DNA of 64,000 bases from Planctomycetota bacterium (GTDB lineage: Bacteria > Planctomycetota > PLA2 > JAEUHO01), in the NCBI GenBank assembly GCA_965222115.1, contig CBDCTJ010000007.1, positions 1,216,001 through 1,280,000 of the forward strand, given 5' to 3'. Made by a program: the position numbers and the translations under genes. Positions 20,350 to 29,205 of the stretch are shown here, in pieces (within the stretch, counting starts at the first letter, position 1; each line of letters starts with the position of its first letter). The notes beneath the pieces are model-generated. The model saw only the letters and a program-made list of their open reading frames with translations, was not told the DNA's origin and did no database searches.

Positions 20350-21375
20350 CTACTCGCGTGCCAGCGACACCAGCGAAAGCGGATCCTTCCCAAGCATGTT
20401 GGCCATGGTTTGCCGTATGGATTCCGTGTGGTGCTCCTGTAGATCAATGAGCGCTGCCGCGTCATAGCGGGTGCGTAGGTCGGCAAAGCGCAGCGCGGGC
20501 ATCACCGGTTGGTGGTGTTTCATGCAGGCATCGGCCAGTGCCGCGCAGCGCTCTTCCCATGTAAGTTCACGAAGATCTTGCATGCGTTCAAAATCGGCAA
20601 CGACCTCGGCGTCTAGTCCGGCATCCACGAGTTCGCGTGGCGACGCGCCCTTCGTGAAGTGTGAGATGCACGCAAACGCGTAGGCGTCAAATGACGATTC
20701 GTGCAAGTGGCGTGCGCCGGCTCGCTGGTGATCGACGTGCTCACCGAGCGCGCGCCCCACGTCGTGAAGTACGGTCGCAACCGCGGTGGCCTCGACATCT
20801 ACGGAAACGCCCGCCCCCGCAAGCGCTGCTGCGAATGATCGCGCGAGCGCCGCGCCGCCGCGCAAATGGGCAAGCAGGCGCGGTGTGACGTGGGGGAGCG
20901 AACTCACATGTCGCTCCGCGTCGGCTTGCGTGGTCCCGCGATTGCGATGAAGGGCGGGATCCTTGAAGAAACGCGCGGCTTGTCGCAAGACATTCGTGAG
21001 CGAAGGGTGGGTCAAGGCGTTGTGTGCGTCGTCGTAGGCAAGCCACGCATAGTCAACGTGTTCGCGAGAAAGTGTTACGTCGGCGGTGGAGGCCTCGGCG
21101 CAGAAATAGTGCATCGTCTTTTTGTAGGGACCGTGCTTTCCGAGCACGTCGTATCGAAGCACCGACTCAAACGCCGGTACGTGGACAACCTCGGTGAGCC
21201 CCGTCTCTTCCTCGGTCTCTCGAAACGCCCCCGCCAGGACAGACTCCCCTTCTTCCAGATGGCCCTTGGGAAATCCCATGTCGCCGCGCCGACGATTCCG
21301 CAGCAAGAGATAACGATGTCCGTCGCGTTCGACACGCGTGAGGATGAATCCGGCGGCGGTGCGTGCGTCGCTCAT
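20350..21375 (-). CDS. NUDIX hydrolase (Ap4A hydrolase-like) fused to HD-domain phosphohydrolase
   Basis: FPKGHLEEGESVLAGAFRETEEETGL Nudix box and LSREH; H...LHDVGR...H...SH...AD HD motifs. Confidence 0.85.
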   Translation of the reverse strand: MSDARTAAGFILTRVERDGHRYLLLRNRRRGDMGFPKGHLEEGESVLAGAFRETEEETGLTEVVHVPAFESVLRYDVLGKHGPYKKTMHYFCAEASTADVTLSREHVDYAWLAYDDAHNALTHPSLTNVLRQAARFFKDPALHRNRGTTQADAERHVSSLPHVTPRLLAHLRGGAALARSFAAALAGAGVSVDVEATAVATVLHDVGRALGEHVDHQRAGARHLHESSFDAYAFACISHFTKGASPRELVDAGLDAEVVADFERMQDLRELTWEERCAALADACMKHHQPVMPALRFADLRTRYDAAALIDLQEHHTESIRQTMANMLGKDPLSLVSLARE

Positions 21376-21472
21376 CCGGTCATTCAACCCCCACTTTGCG
21401 AATCGCCTTCAATGTTTGGTTGCGCCCGCGTTCCGGCGTCTAGGTGTGCCCGCCGTGCGGTAGGCTGCGCAC

Positions 21473-22375
21473 ATGTGTCCCACCAGCGTAGAGCAGCGAC
21501 TGCCACCCCCCGTGAGTATCGACGGCGAGGTCTTGGGGAATCGACAGTGCGCCCCCGTGACATGGATCATGCGCATTCACGCGCCCACGCTAGCGCCGCG
21601 TATTCGCGCCGGACAATTTGTCAATCTCGAGACGTCCAAGACGCACTACCCCATGCTCCGCCGCCCCATGTCGGTCCACAAAGTCATTCGCCACGGCGAC
21701 ACCGCCACAGGCTTTTGCATTCTCTATGACGTCGTGGGTCCCGGCACAACAGCGCTCAGTCAGATGAAGTCCGGATCACGCTTGGGCGTGGTGGGGCCGC
21801 TCGGCAACACGTTGTCTGTGCCCAAGTCGGCCAAGCGCGCGGTGCTTGTGGCGGGTGGGATTGGCGCAGGCCCCATCAAGTTGGTCGCAGAGACGCTGCG
21901 CGTGAATGGCATTCGCGATATCACCATTTGCTACGGCGCGCGAAATGCCGATCACTCGGTTCCCCCAGACGATTTGGCGCCCCAGGGGTGTCGCGTGTTG
22001 GTCTGTACGGACGATGGCTCGGTGGGCAAGAAGATGCGCGTCACGGGCTATGTCGAGGAGTTGCTGCGCACGGGGCGACTCAAGCAAGGCGACTACGTAT
22101 TCACCTGCGGGCCGATACCTATGTTTCAGGCGCTGCGAGAACTGCTGGCGCCGCATGGCATTGACGCCGAAGCCGCCACCGAAGAATTTATGGGTTGTGG
22201 ATTTGGGGTCTGCAATGGCTGCCCCCTCCTGCAACGACAGCCCGATGGACGCGTGGCCTACAAATTGTGTTGTGTCGATGGGTGCCTCTTTCCGCTGAGC
22301 ACGCTGCACTTCGAGGGCGAGGGTGTGCACGAAGGCGACGTGGTTGACATGACGACGGGCGGGTCGGTGCCGTGA
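21473..22375 (+). CDS. pyrK: Dihydroorotate dehydrogenase electron-transfer subunit-like (FAD/NAD, 2Fe-2S)
   Basis: LRRPMS, VGPGT, GPLGN, AGGIG, TDDGS, CGP, MGCGFGVCNGC, CVDG. Confidence 0.85.
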   Translation: MCPTSVEQRLPPPVSIDGEVLGNRQCAPVTWIMRIHAPTLAPRIRAGQFVNLETSKTHYPMLRRPMSVHKVIRHGDTATGFCILYDVVGPGTTALSQMKSGSRLGVVGPLGNTLSVPKSAKRAVLVAGGIGAGPIKLVAETLRVNGIRDITICYGARNADHSVPPDDLAPQGCRVLVCTDDGSVGKKMRVTGYVEELLRTGRLKQGDYVFTCGPIPMFQALRELLAPHGIDAEAATEEFMGCGFGVCNGCPLLQRQPDGRVAYKLCCVDGCLFPLSTLHFEGEGVHEGDVVDMTTGGSVP

Positions 22376-22920
22376 CATCGCGCACGCCCTTTGATGCCGT
22401 TGATGATCTGATGCGCGTTCTTAAACGCGTCAGCAAGCGTTCCATCAAATCGTTCAGCAAAGAATTGCTCGACGCCGAGCGTGTATTCGTGACTGGGCTC
22501 GGGCGCACCGGACTGATGGCGCGTGGATTCGCCATGCGTTTGATGCATGTGGGCATTCGCGTGTTTCACGTGGGCGACGTGATTACGCCGGCGATCGAGA
22601 AGGGCGACGTTCTCGTGATTTGCACGCGCACAGGCGGATCGAAAGTGCTGCGCCACTACATTGGCATCGCGCGCAAGGCCAAAGCGCGGGTCGTGGTCGT
22701 CACGGCTCGACCGGAATCGCCCGTTGCCGAGCGTGCCGACACCGTCCTGGCCATCAACGACTCGATTGGGAAGCAGCCACGGCGTCACCGTCCGCTACCC
22801 CTGGGTTCTCTTTTCGAGCAGGCGCTTTTGGTTGTACTCGATCTTGTGGTGCTCAACCTCATGGAGGCGCTTGACTTGTCGGAAGAGGACCTGCGCCGCA
22901 TTCACACTGCCTTTGAATAG
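22372..22920 (+). CDS. SIS-domain sugar isomerase (6-phospho-3-hexuloisomerase-like)
   Basis: GLGRTGL, FAMRLMHVG, PLGSLFEQ, C-terminal HTAFE. Confidence 0.8.
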   Translation: MTSRTPFDAVDDLMRVLKRVSKRSIKSFSKELLDAERVFVTGLGRTGLMARGFAMRLMHVGIRVFHVGDVITPAIEKGDVLVICTRTGGSKVLRHYIGIARKAKARVVVVTARPESPVAERADTVLAINDSIGKQPRRHRPLPLGSLFEQALLVVLDLVVLNLMEALDLSEEDLRRIHTAFE

Positions 22921-22972
22921 TCATCGCCCTCGAACAGCCTCAGCCTTCCAATAGCACAGTGCCTTCGAATAG
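22909..22972 (+). repeat. Four degenerate 17-18-bp-period repeats echoing the gene 3' end
   Basis: GCCTTTGAATAG 22909, GCCCTCGAACAG 22926, GCCTTCCAATAG 22943, GCCTTCGAATAG 22961. Confidence 0.75.
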
Positions 22973-23059
22973 CCCGGCCCGTTTGGCCGCCGTACACTCC
23001 CCGCGTTCTCGCCGCCGCGCCCACCGTGTTTGGGTGCTGGCCCCTACGCAGGAGTTCCC

Positions 23060-24241
23060 ATGGCCGACGCCGTTATCGTTTCCGCATGCCGCACGCCCAT
23101 TGGTCGATTCTCGGGTGGGCTGAAGTCATTTTCCGCCCCCCAACTGGGTGCCATCGCTATCAAAGAAGCGCTGTCGCGTGCAGGTGTAGACGGCAAGGAC
23201 GTAGACGAAGTCATCATGGGCACCGTGTTGCAGGCTGGGCTCGGGCAGAATCCCGCGCGACAGGCCGCGCTGGGTGCGGGTGTGCCGGTCGAAGTCGGAG
23301 CGTTTACCGTCAATAAGGTCTGCGGATCGGGTTTGAAGTCGGTCATGTTGGCGGCGCAGGCCATTCGCGCGGGCGATGTAGATATCGTTGTTGCGGGCGG
23401 ACAAGAGAGCATGACCAATGCGCCTTACCTCATCCCCAAGGCGCGCAGCGGTCTTCGTTTGGGTCACGGCAAACTGCTCGACGCCATGGTGCATGACGGT
23501 CTTTGGGAGGCCTACAACGACTTCCATATGGGCGAAACCGGCGAGCTGATTGCCGATCGCTGTGAAGTCACGCGCGAAGAGATGGATGCGCTCGCGGCCG
23601 AGAGTCATCACCGCGCCGCTAAGGCCATCGCGTCTGGCGCGTTCAAAAAGGAAATCGTGCCGATCGACGTCAAGGATCGCAAGGGCAATGTGACCACGAT
23701 TGCCGATGACGAAGGCGTGCGTGCCGACGTCACGGCCGATGGCCTTGGGAAGCTTCGCGCGGTCTTCCGCAAAGACGGTCGTGTAACGGCGGGGAATGCG
23801 AGTCAGATTTCGGACGGTGCGTCGGCGCTCGTGGTCATGAGTAAGAACGAAGCCGATCGACGCGGTCTCAAACCCATGGCCACGATCACCGGCTATGCCA
23901 CAGGCGGGGTGGAACCCAAATGGGTTATGTACGCGCCCGTCGTAGCGATCGAAAAGCTCGCAGAACGAACGGGGCAGGCAACCAAAGAATACGATTTGGT
24001 CGAGGTCAACGAGGCGTTTGCCAGTGCAGCGTGTGCAGTGAGCAAGGAGGTTGGCCTCGACGCCGCACGCACCAATGTGAACGGCGGCGCTGTAGCACTG
24101 GGCCATCCGATTGGTGCCACCGGTGCACGCATTCTCACCACGTTGCTCTATGCCATGGAAGCGCGCGACGAAAGGAAGGGCATGGCGTCGCTATGCCTGG
24201 GCGGTGGCAACGCCGTGGCGATGGCGGTGACACGCGGATAG
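23060..24241 (+). CDS. Acetyl-CoA C-acetyltransferase (thiolase)
   Basis: NKVCGSG, NEAF, GHPIGATG, CLGGG; GGAG SD before ATG 23060. Confidence 0.95.
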   Translation: MADAVIVSACRTPIGRFSGGLKSFSAPQLGAIAIKEALSRAGVDGKDVDEVIMGTVLQAGLGQNPARQAALGAGVPVEVGAFTVNKVCGSGLKSVMLAAQAIRAGDVDIVVAGGQESMTNAPYLIPKARSGLRLGHGKLLDAMVHDGLWEAYNDFHMGETGELIADRCEVTREEMDALAAESHHRAAKAIASGAFKKEIVPIDVKDRKGNVTTIADDEGVRADVTADGLGKLRAVFRKDGRVTAGNASQISDGASALVVMSKNEADRRGLKPMATITGYATGGVEPKWVMYAPVVAIEKLAERTGQATKEYDLVEVNEAFASAACAVSKEVGLDAARTNVNGGAVALGHPIGATGARILTTLLYAMEARDERKGMASLCLGGGNAVAMAVTRG

Positions 24242-24288
24242 TTAACCGCCATTGATTTTGGCGCGAGACAGCTTGAAAGGGAATCGAT

Positions 24289-25137
24289 ATGGCATTCAAG
24301 AAAGTTGGCGTCGTGGGTGCGGGGCAAATGGGTGCGGGCATTGCGCAGGTCTTTGCCGCTTCGGGCACGCCTGTGCGGCTGCTTGACGCCAATGACGACG
24401 CGTTGGGTCGTGGGCTCGCCACCATCACCAAGAGCATCGGTAAGTTCGTCGCCAAAGAACGCATGTCGAAAGAAGACGGTGACGCGGCCTTGGCGCGTAT
24501 CGAAAAGACGTCCACACTGAGTGACTTGGCCGACTGCGATTTGGTCGTTGAAGCCATTGTCGAGGACGCCGAGATCAAGAAGCGCGTATTCGCCGATCTC
24601 GACAAGATCCTCGCGCCGGACGCGATTCTCGCCAGCAACACGTCGAGTATCTCAATCACCGAGTTGGCTGCAGCGACGGGCCGCGCCGAGAAGTTTATCG
24701 GTATGCACTTCATGAATCCCGTGCCGCTCATGAAGCTAATCGAGATTATTCGCGGCCTCGCCACGAGTGACGAGACCTTTGAAGCGGTAGAGGCCGCGAG
24801 CAAGGCGGTGGGGAAGATTCCCGTTGTAGCCAACGACTATCCGGGATTTGTGGCCAACCGCATTTTGATGCCCATGATCAACGAGGCCGTCACATGCGTC
24901 ATGGAGGGTGTGGCCGAACCCGAGAACGTCGATTCCATTATGAAGCTCGGCATGAATCACCCCATGGGTCCGCTCGCCCTTGCCGACTTGATTGGTCTCG
25001 ACACATGCCTCGCCATTATGAACGTGCTGCATAGCGATCTTGGCGACTCAAAGTACCGACCGTCGCCGCTGCTTCGAAAGATGGTTGCCGCCGGATTCCT
25101 GGGTCGCAAGACCGGCAGGGGTTTTTATACCTATTGA
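24289..25137 (+). CDS. hbd: 3-hydroxybutyryl-CoA dehydrogenase
   Basis: [41 protein letters not shown]. Confidence 0.93.
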   Translation: MAFKKVGVVGAGQMGAGIAQVFAASGTPVRLLDANDDALGRGLATITKSIGKFVAKERMSKEDGDAALARIEKTSTLSDLADCDLVVEAIVEDAEIKKRVFADLDKILAPDAILASNTSSISITELAAATGRAEKFIGMHFMNPVPLMKLIEIIRGLATSDETFEAVEAASKAVGKIPVVANDYPGFVANRILMPMINEAVTCVMEGVAEPENVDSIMKLGMNHPMGPLALADLIGLDTCLAIMNVLHSDLGDSKYRPSPLLRKMVAAGFLGRKTGRGFYTY

Positions 25138-25189
25138 TCGCGTTCGCCGATTGGAGACGCGGTGCGAGGCACATTGCACGGCCCGACGC

Positions 25190-26089
25190 CTACCGCTTGC
25201 GTTGAGCTTCTTGGCGTAGCCATTCACTGCGCCATGTAGACCGCGTGTGTTCCTTGAAAGTCGCGCCATTGTCATTCGTAAGTTTGACGGATCCGAACGC
25301 AAAGAACTGGGCGGCAACGACGAGGGCGACGGTTGTGGCGATCATGACAGCGCGTCGCGCTGTCTTGGGGACGCTTCGCCCGTGTAAGAACCCGAACAAG
25401 TACCCAAGTGCGAAACCCGCGCCATGCGCAACGTTGCCAATGTTTAGCGTGCCGGTCTGAGTTAGTACAACCATGATCAACGACCAAACGATGATCTCGT
25501 TGCGCATACGTTTGTTCATGAACGCCGTCGCGAATGGGTGTTTGCCTCTAAGCGCCCATAGAAAACCAATGAAGCCGAAGATTGCGCCGGAAAACCCCAC
25601 GCCCCATCCTACGAAGATCCACTGCGTTGCCGCTGCGCCAACGCCCGTCGTCAGGATAAGAATGGCAAGCGTGGTATGGCCCCAGATAACTTCCAAGACA
25701 CGGCCGAGTTGCCAGATCCATAAGCCATTGAGCAACAGGTGAAACCAACCGCCGTGCAGAAACACGGAGCCCACATGGCGCCAAAACTCGCCCGCCCAAA
25801 TTGCCTCACCTTGATAGAGACTGCGAAGCCACGCAGGACCTTTCGCCCAAGGTTGATTGCGATACACGAGATCCGTCGCCACGAACAGGCCAATGCAAAT
25901 CGCGAGCGACGTGATCGCGACGATGGGTCTCACGGGCGCGGCCTGCGTCCGTACTTTGGTCTGCATGCGCGTACGGCGCGCTTCCGCGCAGGACGGGCAA
26001 ACGAGGTCCGGCGGCAGGCCAAACATGTCGTCCGGTCGATTCATGCGGCCGCACGCGGAGCAGGGTCTGAGGGGCTTGCCCGTGTTCAT
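25190..26089 (-). CDS. Rhomboid intramembrane protease with N-terminal CxxC...CxxC zinc ribbon
   Basis: WR, FLHGGWFHLLLN, GFSG, NVAHGAG; CSAC/CPSC. Confidence 0.88.
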   Translation of the reverse strand: MNTGKPLRPCSACGRMNRPDDMFGLPPDLVCPSCAEARRTRMQTKVRTQAAPVRPIVAITSLAICIGLFVATDLVYRNQPWAKGPAWLRSLYQGEAIWAGEFWRHVGSVFLHGGWFHLLLNGLWIWQLGRVLEVIWGHTTLAILILTTGVGAAATQWIFVGWGVGFSGAIFGFIGFLWALRGKHPFATAFMNKRMRNEIIVWSLIMVVLTQTGTLNIGNVAHGAGFALGYLFGFLHGRSVPKTARRAVMIATTVALVVAAQFFAFGSVKLTNDNGATFKEHTRSTWRSEWLRQEAQRKR

Positions 26090-26245
26090 TCATGAGGACA
26101 TACCACGCCGCCCAGCAACGGGTTACGTCTGTGCCAGAACCAACCCTCCCGGCGGCGTACCTTGACGGCCCAACGTGGGTGGACCGGACTATCCTGTAGG
26201 CCTCTACGGATGTGTGGGCTAGCCCGGGCCAGGAGCGTTTTTGAC

Positions 26246-27388
26246 ATGGATTTTGAACTCCCTGAGGACCTCGTGATGCTGCGCGAGGCGGCCGCCGAAT
26301 TTGCGTCGAAGGAGCTGGCGCCGCGGGCCGCCGCGTCCGACGCATCGGAAGCCTTCGTGCGCGAACAGATCGACCTCTGTAGAGAGATGGGCTTTCTCGG
26401 TATGGCCGTTGAAGAGACCTACGGTGGCAGTGCGCTGGGTGCGCTGGGCACCAGCCTCGTTCTCATGGAGGTCAATAAAGCGTGCGCAAGCACCGGCGTC
26501 ACCTTGTCGGTTCACAACAGTTTGACGTGTGAGAGCGTGCAGCGCTTTGGCAACGACGATCAGAAGCAGCGCTATCTTCCGAAGCTTGCCAGCGGCGAGT
26601 GGCTTGGCGCCTATGCCTTGTCCGAAGCGGGCAGTGGCAGCGATGCCGGATCACTTCGTTGCGAAGCGAAGCAGGACGGCGAGAACTGGGTCCTTAACGG
26701 CGCGAAACTCTGGATTAGTCACGGCGATCAGGCCGATCTTGTGGTTGTCTTTGCGCGCACGGATGCCGAGGCCGGTACGCGCGGCATTACGGCCTTCTTG
26801 GTGGAAACTGCAAGCGACGGCTACAAGGCCGGCAAGAAAGAAAAGAAGATGGGGCTGCGCGGCTCCACCACGGTTGAGCTTCAGCTAGATGGTGTTCGCG
26901 TGCCCGGTGCCAATTTGTTGGGCGAAGTCGGTCGCGGCTTTCCGATTGCTCTTTCCCTGCTCGATACGGGGCGCATTGGCATCGCAAGCCAGGCAGTTGG
27001 CATTGCCGAGGCGTGTTTGGAAGCGTCTGTCAAGTACGCCAAAGAACGCAAGCAGTTTGGGAAGCCTATCGCGGCCTTCGGCGCCATTCAGGAGAAGGTC
27101 GCCAATATGGCCACGCGCATCGACGGCGCCAAGCTGCTCACGATGCGCGCAGCCTCCCTCAAGGACGCCGGCAAAGCACACGGGCGCGAGGCCTCCATGG
27201 CCAAGCTTGCCGCGTCGCGCGCAGCGAACTATTGCGCCAAAGAGGCGGTACAGATCCACGGCGGTGCGGGCTACACCACCGACTTTCCCGTAGAACGCTA
27301 CTTCCGCGACGCCCGCGTAACGGAGATTTACGAAGGCACGACGGAGATTCAGCGGCTCGTGATTTCAAGGGCGTATTTGCGCGCATGA
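26246..27388 (+). CDS. Acyl-CoA dehydrogenase
   Basis: YALSEAGSGSD, KMGLRGS, RKQFG, IHGGAG, EIYEGTTEIQ. Confidence 0.93.
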   Translation: MDFELPEDLVMLREAAAEFASKELAPRAAASDASEAFVREQIDLCREMGFLGMAVEETYGGSALGALGTSLVLMEVNKACASTGVTLSVHNSLTCESVQRFGNDDQKQRYLPKLASGEWLGAYALSEAGSGSDAGSLRCEAKQDGENWVLNGAKLWISHGDQADLVVVFARTDAEAGTRGITAFLVETASDGYKAGKKEKKMGLRGSTTVELQLDGVRVPGANLLGEVGRGFPIALSLLDTGRIGIASQAVGIAEACLEASVKYAKERKQFGKPIAAFGAIQEKVANMATRIDGAKLLTMRAASLKDAGKAHGREASMAKLAASRAANYCAKEAVQIHGGAGYTTDFPVERYFRDARVTEIYEGTTEIQRLVISRAYLRA

Positions 27389-27396
27389 CATGACGC

Positions 27397-28638
27397 ATGT
27401 CGACGCTCCATCTCACGACCTCCGTTCGAATACGACCCGATGAGGATGTTCCTTTGACCCAGACCACGCTTACGGCAGAGACACAGCCCTTCCTAACCAG
27501 TGATCATGAAGATGTTCGCTCGATGGTGCGCGAATTTTGTGTCGCCGAAGTTGCTCCACTTGCGGCGGCCTTGGACGAAGAGAAGCGCTTTCCCACCGAG
27601 ACCATTCCCAAGCTCCGCGAGTTGGGTTTGCTAGGTGTGCCGTGGCCCGAAGAAATCGGCGGAACCGGCATGGACTACCTCGCGTACGCGATCGTGGTGG
27701 AAGAGCTCTCGCGCGTCTGTGGCACGACGGGCATTACCGTCGCCGCCCATACCTCCCTTGGCACGGGACCCATCTATAACTTTGGTACACAGGAACAGAA
27801 GGAACGTTGGGTACCCAAGCTGGCCTCAGGCGACATGCTCGGTGCGTTTGCATTGACCGAGCCGGGTGCGGGCTCCGATGCGCGCGCCACCCGCGTGATG
27901 GCCATACCGGATGGCGACCACTTTGTTGTGAACGGCGCCAAGGTCTACTGCACCAACGGCACACACGCGGGCACCATTGTGTTCACGGCGCGCACCGGCG
28001 GCGACGTGGGCGATACGAGCAAGATTTGCGCGTTCGTGGTCGAGAAGGGCACCCCCGGACTCAACTACGGAACGCTTGAAAAGAAGCTTGGCCTGTGTGG
28101 TTCCGATACACGTGAGATTGTGTTTGAAGACTGCCGCATTCCTGCCGCCAACAAGCTTGGCGCCGACGGCCAGGGCTTCAAGCAATTCATGAAAACACTA
28201 GAAGCCGGGCGCATTTCAATCGGTGCCATGGCGCTTGGGTTGGCGCAAGGGGCGCTTGATGTGGCCCTGCCCTATGCAAAGGAGCGCAAGCAGTTTGGCA
28301 AGCGTCTCATCGACATGCAGCCCATCGCTCACAAGCTCGCCAATATGGCGATGGAGATTCACGGCGCGCGCAACTTGGTCTACGAGGCCGCTTGGCGCAA
28401 GGACCGCGGCATGGACTTCGCGCTCATCGGAAGCTACGCCAAGCTCTACGCATCCGAAGTCGCCATGCGCGCCGCCCACGACGCAATCCAAATTCTTGGT
28501 GGCGTGGGTTACACCCGTGAATACCCCGCGGAACGTATCCTGCGCGACGCCAAGCTCTGTGAGATCGGCGAAGGCACTTCCGAGATCCAGCGCATGATCA
28601 TTGCGCGCAATTTGGATCGGTTTGGGACTACCTACTAG
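27397..28638 (+). CDS. Acyl-CoA dehydrogenase (second copy; true start may be slightly downstream)
   Basis: [33 protein letters not shown]. Confidence 0.92.
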   Translation: MSTLHLTTSVRIRPDEDVPLTQTTLTAETQPFLTSDHEDVRSMVREFCVAEVAPLAAALDEEKRFPTETIPKLRELGLLGVPWPEEIGGTGMDYLAYAIVVEELSRVCGTTGITVAAHTSLGTGPIYNFGTQEQKERWVPKLASGDMLGAFALTEPGAGSDARATRVMAIPDGDHFVVNGAKVYCTNGTHAGTIVFTARTGGDVGDTSKICAFVVEKGTPGLNYGTLEKKLGLCGSDTREIVFEDCRIPAANKLGADGQGFKQFMKTLEAGRISIGAMALGLAQGALDVALPYAKERKQFGKRLIDMQPIAHKLANMAMEIHGARNLVYEAAWRKDRGMDFALIGSYAKLYASEVAMRAAHDAIQILGGVGYTREYPAERILRDAKLCEIGEGTSEIQRMIIARNLDRFGTTY

Positions 28639-29150
28639 CCCTTTGGTATTGGAATCACCCGATGAGGAATCTCTTCCTCGTCGAGTACTTCGGCGAGCTG
28701 GGCCCACTTGGTAACTTCGGTGCCGAGGAAGTCGGTTGCGGCGTCGCCACACACAATGAGTTCGGGCGAGAGAAATGCCTGCGCGAGCTCCAAGGACTCG
28801 CGGCCGATGATGTTGCGGGCGCGTGGGTCGCCCAGGAAGTCTTCGTAGGCATCGGGGCGGCACAGCACGACGAAGCCCGGAAACAGCAGGAAGTGTCCCA
28901 GGCGCAGTGGAATGCGCACGCGAACGATTTCGCGATTGGCTTTGATGCGTTCGCCCAAATCGCGCGGCGAGATGGCAGCCGGTACCACGAAAGGCGTGGT
29001 CACCATGTCGACGTTGGTGACCTCCACTTCGGTGGTTTCGCTCTCGACCGGATCAATATTCTCAAAGCCCGGTCCTGCGAGCTGTTCGAGAATGGCGCGC
29101 ACAGCGCCGCCAAGGGTGCGAGTGGTGGGGAGCAAGACTTCGATGGCCAT
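28635..29150 (-). CDS. Hypothetical protein
   Basis: Protein-like composition; fills the gap between convergent genes; CATCAT-N6-ATG upstream. Confidence 0.65.
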   Translation of the reverse strand: MAIEVLLPTTRTLGGAVRAILEQLAGPGFENIDPVESETTEVEVTNVDMVTTPFVVPAAISPRDLGERIKANREIVRVRIPLRLGHFLLFPGFVVLCRPDAYEDFLGDPRARNIIGRESLELAQAFLSPELIVCGDAATDFLGTEVTKWAQLAEVLDEEEIPHRVIPIPKG

Positions 29151-29205
29151 GCGCGAATGATGGGGCAACGCGAGGGGAGGCTTTAGAAATTCCTGCCTGC
29201 CGCCG

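Noticed and set aside
20866-21729. Long antisense or overlapping ORFs (also 1900-2658, 23126-24106, 33305-34030, 37742-38821, 41005-41745)
   Set aside because: They overlap well-supported genes and have no recognisable motifs; such shadows are expected at high GC
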